NCBI RefSeq assembly: GCF_004010195.1
Contig: NC_057754.1
Location: forward strand, 7,529,428-7,564,105
Origin: Chiloscyllium plagiosum
Taxonomy: Eukaryota
Length of the DNA stretch: 34,678 nucleotides
Direction of reading: 5' to 3'
Shown here one piece after another: positions 1 through 11,900 of the stretch. The notes beneath the pieces were generated by a model. That model had not been told where the DNA came from, made no database searches, and saw only the letters and a program-made list of their open reading frames with translations. Within the stretch, counting starts at the first letter, position 1. Every line of letters starts with the position of its first letter. The position numbers and the translations under genes are program-made.

Positions 1-1100
1 CATTGTACCTATGCTTGTTCTATGCAGGAACAACTTTGTTAGTTGCAATCCACTGCCTTTTCTCTACAGCCTTTCCGAAGCCCATATGCACCCTGTCATC
101 CACATTACATTAATCTTTGCTGTTGATATTTTTAATCAGTCTTTTCAGACGTTTAATGATACATGTGTGAGGCAGGTGGAACCCTGACCCCAGATTTTCT
201 GGCCTAGGGATAGGGACATTGCCACAATAGGCCCAAACCATTGCTGTTACCTCACAAAACACACAATTGATGAAAGATGATTTTCCTTTAACAAATCTGC
301 ACTAATGTTACCTTATTGATTTGCACCAATCCAAGTGAGAATTATTTCTGTCAACTCAAAGCTTTTCCATGACTGGATCTAAACTGACTGGTCTGTAGAT
401 TCAGGGATTATTCTTACAACTTTCTTTGAACAGGATTCTCCACTCCTCTGGCAGTGGGCCCCACCCCTGAGGAGGATTAGATGGTTGTAGTCAGTGCTTC
501 AGCATTCTCAGAGACAATTTGTCTGGTTTCAGTGATCTAATCAATGGATCTCTCTAATTCCTTCTCTATCTGTATTAACCTACTCATTGTCTCGACCACT
601 TTCTCTCTCACTAAGACTTGGGCAATGTCTTCTTCCTTGTCAAAGTCAGATGCAAAGTTCTCATTTCATGTCTCAGCCAAACCTCTGCCTCCACGTGTAG
701 ATCCCCTTTTGACCCCAATCAGCACTTTTCTGTCTTTATGCTATTTATACAGAGATTGAAGGTTTGTGAATTTCCTTCTTTATCGGTTGCCAGTTTTTAC
801 TTGTACTCTTTCTGTCTCCTGGATTCCCTTTGTCCTTTCCCCCACTCTCCCTACATTCAGCGTGTTTATATTTATATTATCAACTTGATGTGTGTCACAT
901 CATGTAGGCTTTTGCTTCATCTCGCTCTCCATCTCTTTTGTCACCGAACGAGTTCTGTTTTTGTGTGACCCAGCTTTCTCTGTCATGGAACTGTACCTGA
1001 GCCATCTCCTCTTTAAAGGCAGCCCCGTTGCGTTACAGTTTACCTGCTGATCTTTGAGTTCAGTTTACCCAGGACAGATCCATTCTCTTACTCCTGAGAT
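1..1100 (-). mobile_element. Old, degenerate CR1-clade LINE ORF2 fragment(s)
   Basis: The minus strand gives decayed RT motifs: xFxKAxxK near 60-90, FVKGKS near 277-297, YRPVSL near 380-400. The right boundary is approximate. Confidence 0.6.
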
Positions 1101-1881
1101 TTCATTCCTTAAATTCGGACCTGAACATGATCAGACATTCACATAGACATGAGCTCTACTTTGGTGGTAAGTTTGCAAAAGCAAGCTTCCAAGCCAGAGC
1201 TTGCACTGGCTCGTAAACACAATCCAAACTCAAACAACTTGGAAGTTGACATTAAATTCTCAGTGATTTGCCAAACTCTGTTCTCACTCCAATGCAAGTT
1301 AACAGTCTGCATATCTTTTACATCCAATTCCAAGATTAGCCTAGATCATCCTATTGCCAGGGCCTTATTGTCTAATAAATGTTGAACCTTTGATTATAAA
1401 ATGCCCAGTAAAATGTTGAATCTTTGTTTAAACCATAGGTTAAAAGCCCATCCTTAAGCTTTTGTAGAAACACTAAGTTCAGGACTACTTTGCTTCTTGA
1501 TTCCCATGAGCAGTTCTTCAGCTTCAAGATCTTCTTACAAAAACTCCATTGTTTGTGCAGTTTAGAGAGGACTTTGGTAGTGGCTGTGGGTTTGGAAAGA
1601 GCTGCTGGAGGAACTTTACTGAGTTGCTGCAGTGTGGATGGTACTCATTGCTGTGACTGAGTGTGGGTAGTGGTGATTACCTGATCTCGATTCAGCAATT
1701 CCTCCTTAGACTGACATACTGGTCTAGAAAATTCTCCTGAGCACACTTCAGAAACTCACTCCCCCTCTGCCCTTTACGTTCTTAATATCCTGGTCTGTAC
1801 GAGGACAGTTAAAGTACCTTATTGTAATTACACACTTTTGCAATTCCCTATACCTTCCCCATAAATTTGGTCCTCTGTATC

Positions 1882-2716
1882 ATCCTCCGCCACTTCCGCC
1901 ACCTCCAAATGGACCCCACCACCAAAGAAATATTTCCCTCCCTACCCCTATCAGCGTTCCGAAAAGACAATTCCTTCCGCGACTCCCTCGTCAGGTCCAT
2001 ATCGCCCACCAGCCCACACCCCACTCCTGGCACCTTCCCCTGCCACAGCAGCAAGTGCAAAACCTGTGTCCACACCACTCCCCTCACCCCGGTCCAAGGC
2101 CCCAAGGGATCCTTCCACATCCATCAGAAATTTACCTGCACCTCTCCCAATGTCACCTACTGCATCCGATGCACCCGGTGTTGTCTCCTTTACATCAGGG
2201 AGACAGGATGCCTTCTTGCGGATTGTTTCAGAGAACACCCGCACCCACCAACCCCACTGCCCTGTGGCTGAACACTTCAACTCCCCCTCCCACTCCGCCA
2301 AGGACATGCAGGTCCTGGGCCTCCTCCACTGCCAAACCCTTACCACCCGACGCCTGGAGGAAGAACGCCTCATATTCCGCCTTGGGACCCTGCAACCAAA
2401 CAGGATCAATGTGGATTTCAACAGCTTCCTCATTTCCCTTCCCCCCCAACATTATCCCAGTCCCAAGCCTCCAACTCAGCACTGCCCTCTGGGCCCGTCC
2501 ATCACTGCCCCCCTCTGACCTATCACCTTCTCCCTCACCTTCATCCACCTAACGCTTTCCCAGCTACCTCCCCGCCAACCCCACTCCCCTCTCCCATTAT
2601 CTCTTAGCCCCAACCCACAAGCCTCATTTCTGATGAAGAGCTTATGCCCGAAACGTCGATTCGCCTGCTCCTCGGATGCTGCCTGACCTGCTGTGCTTTT
2701 CCAGCACCACACTCTC
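1882..2716 (+). mobile_element. 5'-truncated Penelope-like retroelement: GIY-YIG endonuclease remnant plus 3' region with hammerhead motif; 12-bp TSD
   Basis: ORFs 1867..2271 and 2066..2518 read PCHSSKCKTC...NVTYCIRCTRCCLLYIRET...REH and PVAEHFN...RRLEEERLIFRLGTLQPNRIN, typical of PLE GIY-YIG, with a frameshift. Exact direct repeat gtcctctgtatc at 1870-1881 and 2717-2728. Confidence 0.88.
2625..2662 (+). ncRNA. Minimal type-I hammerhead ribozyme motif (Penelope-associated)
   Basis: CTGATGA (2630-2636), a-gagc-ttat-gccc stem II with one mismatch, GAAAC-GTC (2650-2657). Minimal hammerheads in PLEs are established; activity of this copy is unknown. Confidence 0.7.
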
Positions 2717-2857
2717 GTCCTCTGTATCTTTGCCAGTATTTGGTTGCCCATTGGCTGTTTTTTTTAAACCAGTAACTACTGTTTGTAAAGTATTTGGCTG
2801 ATTGTGACATGATGTAGGGAAAGCCCTGGGTTCACGCCAGTCTTTCTGGTCCTACAG

Positions 2858-2979
2858 TTTTGCCAAATGGGACGGAACTCTTCAAGTCGCAGATGAAGGA
2901 GAAGAATTACACCAAGGACCAGCTGGACCCAGACGTGGTGCAGCCCTTCGCAGCCTACGCTCCAGCAGGAACTCCCAAG
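2858..2979 (+). CDS. NAALADL1: NAALADL1 exon (122 nt): (V)[40 protein letters not shown]
   Basis: Acceptor ctacag|TT, donor AAG|gtttgt; phase 1 to 0; [12 protein letters not shown] motif at the start of the PA domain. Confidence 0.92.
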
Positions 2980-5900
2980 GTTTGTCGATGGGAAATGGGC
3001 AGAACACTGTGGGACAGAGAAACATGTTGCCACGGACATTTCTCATCCCACACTCGGCAGGGCAGATGCAAGATCTCCAAGATCAAACAATTCGGGATTC
3101 TTGCATTTTTCCGCGTGAGGGCAAGGTGAAAAGCCTTGGCAACATGTCCCCTCTTTTCAGGAGTGGGATCTTACCTGTCAGCAAGGCTAAAATCAATCTC
3201 AAGCCTCACCACAGACCACCTGGGGAATGAAGAAAGACATGCATTTCCATACTCATGACTTCAGGACGTCCCGTTCCAATGAAGTGCATATTGAACTGTA
3301 GACACTGATAAAATTTATCAATCAATGAAGGCAATCTGCCCATAGTAAGGTCCTACAAAGAGCAACATTATCCTGATAATCTGTCTTTGCCATGGTGGTT
3401 TATTAACAACAATTGGTCTCAGGACCTGAGGAGAATTCCCATCACTCTCCCCAATGTTTTTCATCCAGTAGTGACCATGGGATCCCTTAAATCCATCGGA
3501 GAGGCTAAAGAGAGCTTTTCATAACTTCCCCTTAGCACTGACCCTCGGACAGTGCAACAGCCCCTCAGGACTAATCCTCTGACGTTGCAGCACTTCCTCA
3601 GTAATAACCCTTCAGTGGAGCACACTCCATTAGCACTAACCCTCTGACAGAGCAGTGCTCCATCAATACTCACCCTCAAAGAGTGCAGTGCACCCTCAGT
3701 ACTGACCCTCCAACAGTGCAGTAATCCGTCAGTACTGACCCTCAAATAGTCGAACACTCCCTCAGTACTGACCCTCAAACAGTGTGGAGGTCCCTCAGCA
3801 CTGACCCTCAAATAGTCTAGTGCTCCCTCAGTACTAACCCTCCAACAGTGCAGCACTCCCTCAGTACTGACTCTCCGACAGTGCGGCGCTCCCTCAGTAC
3901 AGACCCTCCAACAGTGCAGCACACCCTCAGTACTGACCCTCAAGCAGTGCAGCGCTTCCACAGTAGAGACCCTCCAATAGTGCAGCACTCCTTCAGTCCT
4001 GACCCTTCAACAGTGCAGCACACCCTCAGTACTGAACCTCAAATAGTGCAGCACTCCCTCAGTAGAGACCCTCCAACAGTGCAGCGCTCCCTCCGTACTG
4101 ACCCTCAAACATTGCAGCGCTCCCTCAGTACTGACCCTCCAACATTGTAGCGCTCCCTCAGTACTGACCCTCTAACAGTGCAGCACTCCCTCAGTACTGA
4201 CCCTCTGACAGTGCAGCATTCCCTCGGTACTGACCCTCTAACAGTGCAGCACTCCCTCAGTACTGACCCTCAAACAGTGGAGCGCTCCCTCAGTACTGAC
4301 CCTCTAACAGTGCAGGACTCCCTCAGTACTGACCCTCCAACAGCGTGGCACTCCCTCAATACTGACCCTCTGACAATGTGGCACTCCCTCAGTACTAACC
4401 CTCTGACAGTGTGGCACTCCCTCAGTACTGACCCTCCAACAGTGTGGCACTCCCTCAGTACTGACCCTCTGGCAGTGTGTCACTCCCTCAGCACTGATCC
4501 TGTGACAGTGGAATACACATGTAATCCAGTGGTGGTGACGATATCCCCCGATGCCTGGAGCAGCTGACTCTCCAGGTACTACATGTTGCACTGCTTCTCA
4601 CCCTTCCCTGTTTTTTTTGCAAATTCATCGATGGAATGTTAGTGTCACTGGCTGGGCCAGCAATTAGGGCCACCCCTAATTGCCCAGGTTAGGAGTCAAC
4701 CACATTGCTGCAGGTCTGGGAGTGACATGTAGGTCAGACAGAGTAAGGACTGCTGATTTTCTTCTCAATAATGCATTCGTGAACCAGATGAAGGTCCTGT
4801 TCCTTTGCAGCTTTCAGTGGAGAAAGGGGTAGCTATTACAGGTTATTGCAATGTCATAATGTGGTAACAGATTCTCTCACCTTCCAACACAGGGCAGGCT
4901 AGTCTATGCTAACTATGGGACAATGGATGACTACCAGCATTTGAACCAAACCATTGACCTGAAAAACACAATCGCTATTGTTAAATATGGTGGTACTGGC
5001 CGGGGCAACAAGGTAAGGTGGGGTTATTGTGTGACCCTTAGACTTAATTAGCAGGGGTTTTTGGGCGTGGTGGGAGTGGGAAGGTTGGGCCTCCGAGGCA
5101 GGGTGTTTAGCAGTGAATGAGCCTCTGTGGCTACAAGCCACAGATCCTACATGCTTGGCCATTTTCTGATGGGCTTTGGCAGAGCCCGGGATGGGGCTGG
5201 AGGGTTGGCAGAATCCAGTGACAGCAGTGGCACAGTGTGCCTGGTTCCCAGTCCTGTCAAATGTCGGCCTCACCCCAGAACTAGCCAGAAATTGTGTAGT
5301 GCCTTTCATGGCCAGAAGGCACTGGACAGCCAATGGAATACTTCTGAATTGTGTCCACTGTGGGAAACACGGCTATCAATTTCTCTCTCTCTCACACACA
5401 CACACACTCTCTATCTCTATCTCTTTCACACACACACACTCTCTCACACACACACACTCTCAATCTCTCTAATCTCTCACTCACACTGTCTCTCTCACTC
5501 ACACACACACACATGCTCTGTCTTTCTCTCTCACTCATACACTCTCTCTCTCCCAACACACACACACTCTCTTTCACCCACTCACACACACACACTCAAT
5601 TTCTCTAACCTCTCATTCACACACACACTGTCTCTCACTCACGCACACACTCTGTCTCTCTCTCATTCACACACAGACTCTCTCTCTCTCTCTCTCACAC
5701 ACACACATGATTGGCTCACTCAGGAGCGGGGCTCAAACCTTCAACCCTCCGACCCAAGGGTGAGAGAGAGATGCCCACTGAGCCAAGGCCAACAGGTCAG
5801 GTAGCACCTATCCCAGGGTCAGGAGATGCACCACTGCACTGGATGGTGAAAGGGAAAAATTCAAAGTTTAGGTACGAACAAAACATCTCCTTTAAATAAT

Positions 5901-8900
5901 GAAATGTTAAATTCATGTGGAACTAAGAATGGACTTGCTACACGTAGAAATAAATAACTGGAATATTCAGTGAGCTGAGCGTGTGCTAAATCAGGATGCA
6001 GGCCAATTGGGTAATGGAAAAGTTTGGGGATTAGAAAGGTGATCTTCAATGGACAGTTAAGGATGAGAGGGAATGTCTTCAGTGGGGAGTTAGGGAATTG
6101 AAAAGTTAGTCTCCAATTGAGGAGTTGGGTAACTAGATTTTTAATGCATCAATAGATTAAACGATCATTTCTCCATGGTTTGCTTCAGATGTGACCCACA
6201 TCAGTAGCTCCCAAGAGAGCTGAGCTGTAATTTGCATTTTTAAAATGGCACATTCGAATATACATGACCATAAGTCAGTTCCCCCCACCAACCCGGTTCA
6301 CCCAGATCTCTGAGCGGACCTGACTCCTGTCCTCCCCGTGATTGATGCTGTTGAAGTCTGTTCCCAGCTTGGGATGCTAGCACTCCATCCTCCAGGCAGG
6401 GTGAAGGATCATCCCTTTACCAGCCCGTCGCTGGATAGGTCAGTGGCTACATGCATGGAACCAGGTCAATCCCTTACCTGAAGGAGAGGGGCTGAGTGGA
6501 GAGCGGAGGGGGTTTGAAGGATATGTGGGTGCAGGGTTAACCCCCAGTAGGTTGGGATGGGGTTGGGTGTGAAAATCCCTACTTAAATGAAGGAGGGATA
6601 GTGGGGAGCCAGCAACCAGTCAGCTCCCAGGAGGTGGGTTAATTTCAAGATGATGATAGGTTCTGCAGGCCTCAGGTTTAATCTGTCTTCCCGTTTGATC
6701 CCTGGATGGTCGGTTTTCCCAGGCCATGGAAAGGAGTTGAATGGAGGTGGCAACTCTGTTTGAACCTTTCCAGCACAGCGTGCGGGGGAACCTGTAAGCG
6801 CAGGAATGCTTCACTCTGGCTGCCAACCCAGCCAATTCCCACAATCAAACATCCTTTCCTGCCCCAGAATCAGCCACCATTCCTTACCAGTACCCCAGGT
6901 TCTGAGACATTCTCTTAAGCTCCGTTATGTGCAGAAAGCAAAGCAGGATGAGAAGTTGGAAGCTTGGATTGTGACACAAAACCACCATCCGTACACCCCA
7001 CCTTGCCTCCCCCAACCCGCCCAAGGATTTTGTCATTGAAAAGGTTTTAATGGAGTGTGTTTTGGAAGGGTGTCTTTGTTCTGTTCGGCAGGGTATAAAT
7101 GGTGCAAAGTTTGGGGTGACTGGAGTCATCGTTTACACCGATCCTGCTGATATAAACGACGGAAAGACCAGCGACAAAAATGAAACCTACCCTCATTCCT
7201 GGTACCTGCCCCCCTCTGGCGTTGAGCGCGGCTCCTACAAGCTCAATTTTGGTGACCAGCTGACACCTTATTACCCTGCCAAAGGTATGGTCACCACTAT
7301 TTCCCCGAGGGCCTTGTGTTAGGAGTGATCCAAAAGGTCATCAGCCTTATCGAGTACCAGCACTTCTGTTCAATACCCAGCATGGGCTCCCAAACCTAGT
7401 CCTTGTCCCAAGGTCCCTGATCAGAGTGTACATAGAATCAGAGAATCCCTATGGTATGGAAGCAGGCCATTTGTCCCATTGAGTCCACACCGACCCTGTG
7501 GAGAGCATCCCAACCAGACCCACCCCTCTACCCTATCCCTGTAACCCTGCATTTCCCATTGCTAATCCACCTAGCCCGCACTTCATTGGAAACCAGAGCA
7601 CCTGGAGGAAGCCCACACAGACACGGGGAGAATGTGCAAATCCCACACAGGCAGTCACCCGACGGTGGAATCAAAACAACGTCCCTGGCGCTGTAAGGCA
7701 GCAGTGCTGACCACTGTGCCACGGGGCCACCCTTATCCTGAGGTACCTGCTCGGATCCTTGTCCCACAGTCATTACTCAGGGCATTATCCCAGAGTTCTC
7801 TGGGGCTTATCCCAGGCTCTCTGCTTGGTCCTTATTCTGGGATCTGCGGTCAGGTCATTATCCCAGGGTCTCTGTTCAGAGCCGTATACCAGGGTCTCTG
7901 CCCAGGGCCTTATCCCATGGTCTCTGCTTGGGACATTATCGCAGAGTCTCTACAGAGGGCATTATCCTCGGGTCTCTGCCTGGGGTCTGGTCCCAGATCT
8001 CTGTTTGGGACCTGGGCACAGGTCTCTGCCGGGACCTGGAGCCTGGCACAGGTCTCTGCCTATGGTCTGGTCCCATGGTATCTGGTCGGGGTGATGGGGG
8101 GTGGCTCCCAACGTGGTTTTGTTCACTGCTTACCCTGTGGATTTATTTCAGTGCATATATGTGACAGTTGGTCACGGGTCTGTTTGATAGAACCCTTGAT
8201 GGCCCAGTGAAGCTCAGGAGGTCAGCCATAAACAAGTCTCATGTTACCTGTTTACAGATTATACCTTCAGACAGGCTGAATCTGATGTCAAAGGTTTATC
8301 ACCCATCCCTGCACAGCCCATTGGGTTTGAAGATGCACGTCAACTCATCTGGTGAGTTCTTGCTCCAAGAATTTGGATTTGTTAGCCTGAACTGAGCGCT
8401 GCACACTGTTGAAAAGCACTGATGTATCTGTGGACAGAGAGCTGGCAAGTAGCTACGCTGTGTGCTTAATTACATATCCATTGATGAGAACCTCTATCAG
8501 CTGATTGTTTAAAATATTTCCATTAGAAACATATGAGAAGGAATAGGCCATTCAGCCCTTTGAGGCTGCTCAACCATTCAATATTGTCAAGTGCACAGCC
8601 AAAAGTCCCCATGGCTCATATTGAACCAACTGGTTTTGAGATACCTGAACAGGGAAGAGAGGCACAGCTAAGAGAGGTGGGTGACCAGCTTGGGATGAAT
8701 CTACAGAATGATCTGGAATTTGGGAGAGATATATCAAGGAAAAATGGTGGCAACCATGCTGAACGGTGTAACTCAAGGCTCTGTCACTGGGGCCACAAAC
8801 AAGGTTGGAATTGGAACGTTAGAAAGAGGTTGGATAAAGGAAAAGAGGGTAAAGTTAGAGAGTGCAGGACAAGTGTTCAAAGCTGAGGAGGAGAGATGAG

Positions 8901-11900
8901 GTTAATTGTATGTAAGAGACACATTACACGGATGGCACAAGTGGGCAAGGTGAAATGGGAGGAGCCAAGTGGGGAAGGTNNNNNNNNNNNNNNNNNNNNN
9001 NNNNNNNNNNNNNNNNNNNNNNNNNNNNNNNNNNNNNNNNNNNNNNNNNNNNNNNNNNNNNNNNNNNNNNNNNNNNNNNNNNNNNNNNNNNNNNNNNNNN
9101 NNNNNNNNNNNNNNNNNNNNNNNNNNNNNNNNNNNNNNNNNNNNNNNNNNNNNNNNNNNNNNNNNNNNNNNNNNNNNNNNNNNNNNNNNNNNNNNNNNNN
9201 NNNNNNNNNNNNNNNNNNNNNNNNNNNNNNNNNNNNNNNNNNNNNNNNNNNNNNNNNNNNNNNNNNNNNNNNNNNNNNNNNNNNNNNNNNNNNNNNNNNN
9301 NNNNNNNNNNNNNNNNNNNNNNNNNNNNNNNNNNNNNNNNNNNNNNNNNNNNNNNNNNNNNNNNNNNNNNNNNNNNNNNNNNNNNNNNNNNNNNNNNNNN
9401 NNNNNNNNNNNNNNNNNNNNNNNNNNNNNNNNNNNNNNNNNNNNNNNNNNNNNNNNNNNNNNNNNNNNNNNNNNNNNNNTCGAGGACCGAAGAGCCTGTA
9501 CTGCGCTGTAATACTCGATATTGCATGTGTTTAATGGCGCTGTCGTGCAGGGAGTAGTGGAAGTAGATGACGAATATTCTGTGAATGTGGATTCGACTGC
9601 AGTGGGAAGTGAGGACAAAGGGATCTCTGTTATTGTTCGAGGAAGGAGGGCAAGGGGTGAGACCAGAAGCCCAGGAGTTGGGACAGTCACAGCTGGAGGC
9701 TCAGCCGAAAAGATTTAAGGGGATTTCTATTTTGAAGGAAAAGGAGGTCATATCAAAGACTGCTCCCGGGAATATGGTATCACCACACAAAAATGACAGA
9801 GATGCAGAAACGAGGAGAATTGAGTCACTGTCAACTGATAATGTGATCAGCCACTTGCAGATGTTTCCCAGAATGTTAGAAATGAACCAGGCACAGAGAT
9901 TGAGGATTGTTGGGTTACATCTGTTCTGAAGCAGGATGTGGAAAAAGACCGAAAGCAAGGTCAGTGGGCATGCATGGGCAGACATACAAACATATACCCA
10001 GTAACACCGTGGGCGGCACGGTGGCACAGTGGTTAGCACTGCTGCCTCACAGCGTCAGAGACCCGGGTTCAATTCCCGCCTCAGGCGACTGACTGTGTGG
10101 AGTTTGCACGTTCTCCCCGTGTCTGCGTGGGTTTCCTCCGGGTGCTCCGGTTTCCTCCCACAGTCACAAAGATGTGCAGGGTCAGGTGAATTGGCCATGC
10201 TAATTTGCCCGTAGTGTTAGGTAAGGGGTAAATGTAGGGGTATGGGTGGGTTTTGCTTCGGCGGGTCGGTGTGGACTTGTTGGGCCGAAGGGCCTGTTTC
10301 CACACTGTAATCTAATCTAATCTAATTATTGTTTTTGATCAAACAGAAAGACTCTATAAGAAGATGATGCATCCATGGTTGATAAAGTCTCTCATGGAGA
10401 GTATTCAATCACAAACTGGCGAGCATTACTGTCAGGACCTATTTAGGGCGTTTATTTCTGGGACCAGAAGCACATGATAGGCGTGAATTTCAGCTGTGCT
10501 TCCTGAATTATCCCCAGAAGGCCCTGCACCTGCTGCTCGACCTTTTTTCCTGCTGACTTCCAACTGATTCTGGCCCGCTCTCCCTCGTGCCATTGTAGTA
10601 AGCTTTACTCAATGCTAATAACAATACCTCTGATTCCTTGTTCTCCTTCTCAAATTACAGAGCTTTCCTTGACATGATTGTCACGCAGTTCACCTTGAGC
10701 TGCTTAATTAAGTCTATTGTCCATGCACTTGCATCAATCTGAGTTTTGTGCTTCTATTCTACCTCTGGTCTCACTGTGGTTCAGCCTTTCCATTTATGCT
10801 GTTTGACATCTTCCACTCACATTTCATTCTTGAAAGTTTACTTCTTGTAGTAAACCTTATTGAATACATCTTTCATGCTTTGTACAGAATTCATAATTTC
10901 AAGCAAGTTTCAAAAAGTATATTCAGCCTTCATCTCACTTTGCTTAAGACAAGTGCAGGCTGACCGTGTAATAAAATAATTCCCTTTCTTATATAGATCT
11001 GGCAGAAATGCGTTTTCACTGGAGAGATCATTAGCTCCTTTAGAAAAAGAACTCAGGTCCTTGGCTTCATATTGGCACTATTAAACTTCTCATGCTGCCT
11101 TAGCATTGCAATATGAAGAAAAACAAATAACAGTATGAAGTGTTCGGCGGAGTGCTGTTTACCTGTCATTTTAAATATAGTTTCAAATTTGCAGTGCTTA
11201 ATTTTAAATGCTTTTTCATGAAGTTGTTATCACATGGAATGTCGGAGGTCGAGGGGTGACATGCTCGAAGTTTATAAAATCATGAGAGACATGGATCGGG
11301 TAAATAGCCAAGGTGTTTTCCACACTGTAGGCGTGNNNNNNNNNNNNNNNNNNNNNNNNNNNNNNNNNNNNNNNNNNNNNNNNNNNNNNNNNNNNNNNNN
11401 NNNNNNNNNNNNNNNNNNNNNNNNNNNNNNNNNNNNNNNNNNNNNNNNNNNNNNNNNNNNNNNNNNNNNNNNNNNNNNNNNNNNNNNNNNNNNNNNNNNN
11501 NNNNNNNNNNNNNNNNNNNNNNNNNNNNNNNNNNNNNNNNNNNNNNNNNNNNNNNNNNNNNNNNNNNNNNNNNNNNNNNNNNNNNNNNNNNNNNNNNNNN
11601 NNNNNNNNNNNNNNNNNNNNNNNNNNNNNNNNNNNNNNNNNNNNNNNNNNNNNNNNNNNNNNNNNNNNNNNNNNNNNNNNNNNNNNNNNNNNNNNNNNNN
11701 NNNNNNNNNNNNNNNNNNNNNNNNNNNNNNNNNNNNNNNNNNNNNNNNNNNNNNNNNNNNNNNNNNNNNNNNNNNNNNNNNNNNNNNNNNNNNNNNNNNN
11801 NNNNNNNNNNNNNNNNNNNNNNNNNNNNNNNNNNNNNNNNNNNNNNNNNNNNNNNNNNNNNNNNNNNNNNNNNNNNNNNNNNNNNNNNNNNNNNNNNNNN

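Noticed and set aside
5127..5804. 225-aa His/Thr/Ser/Leu-rich ORF
   Set aside because: Translation of the CT/CA microsatellite and SINE remnant.
10011..10085. tRNA gene (A and B boxes)
   Set aside because: It is the tRNA-derived head of a SINE, followed by the V-domain and a LINE-like tail; the same applies at 7660-7732, 23292 and 25065.
10321..11230. Candidate location of the missing exon in unique AT-rich sequence
   Set aside because: Manual translation after the AG sites I examined gave stops or no WQG/GPG-like motif; the check was not exhaustive.
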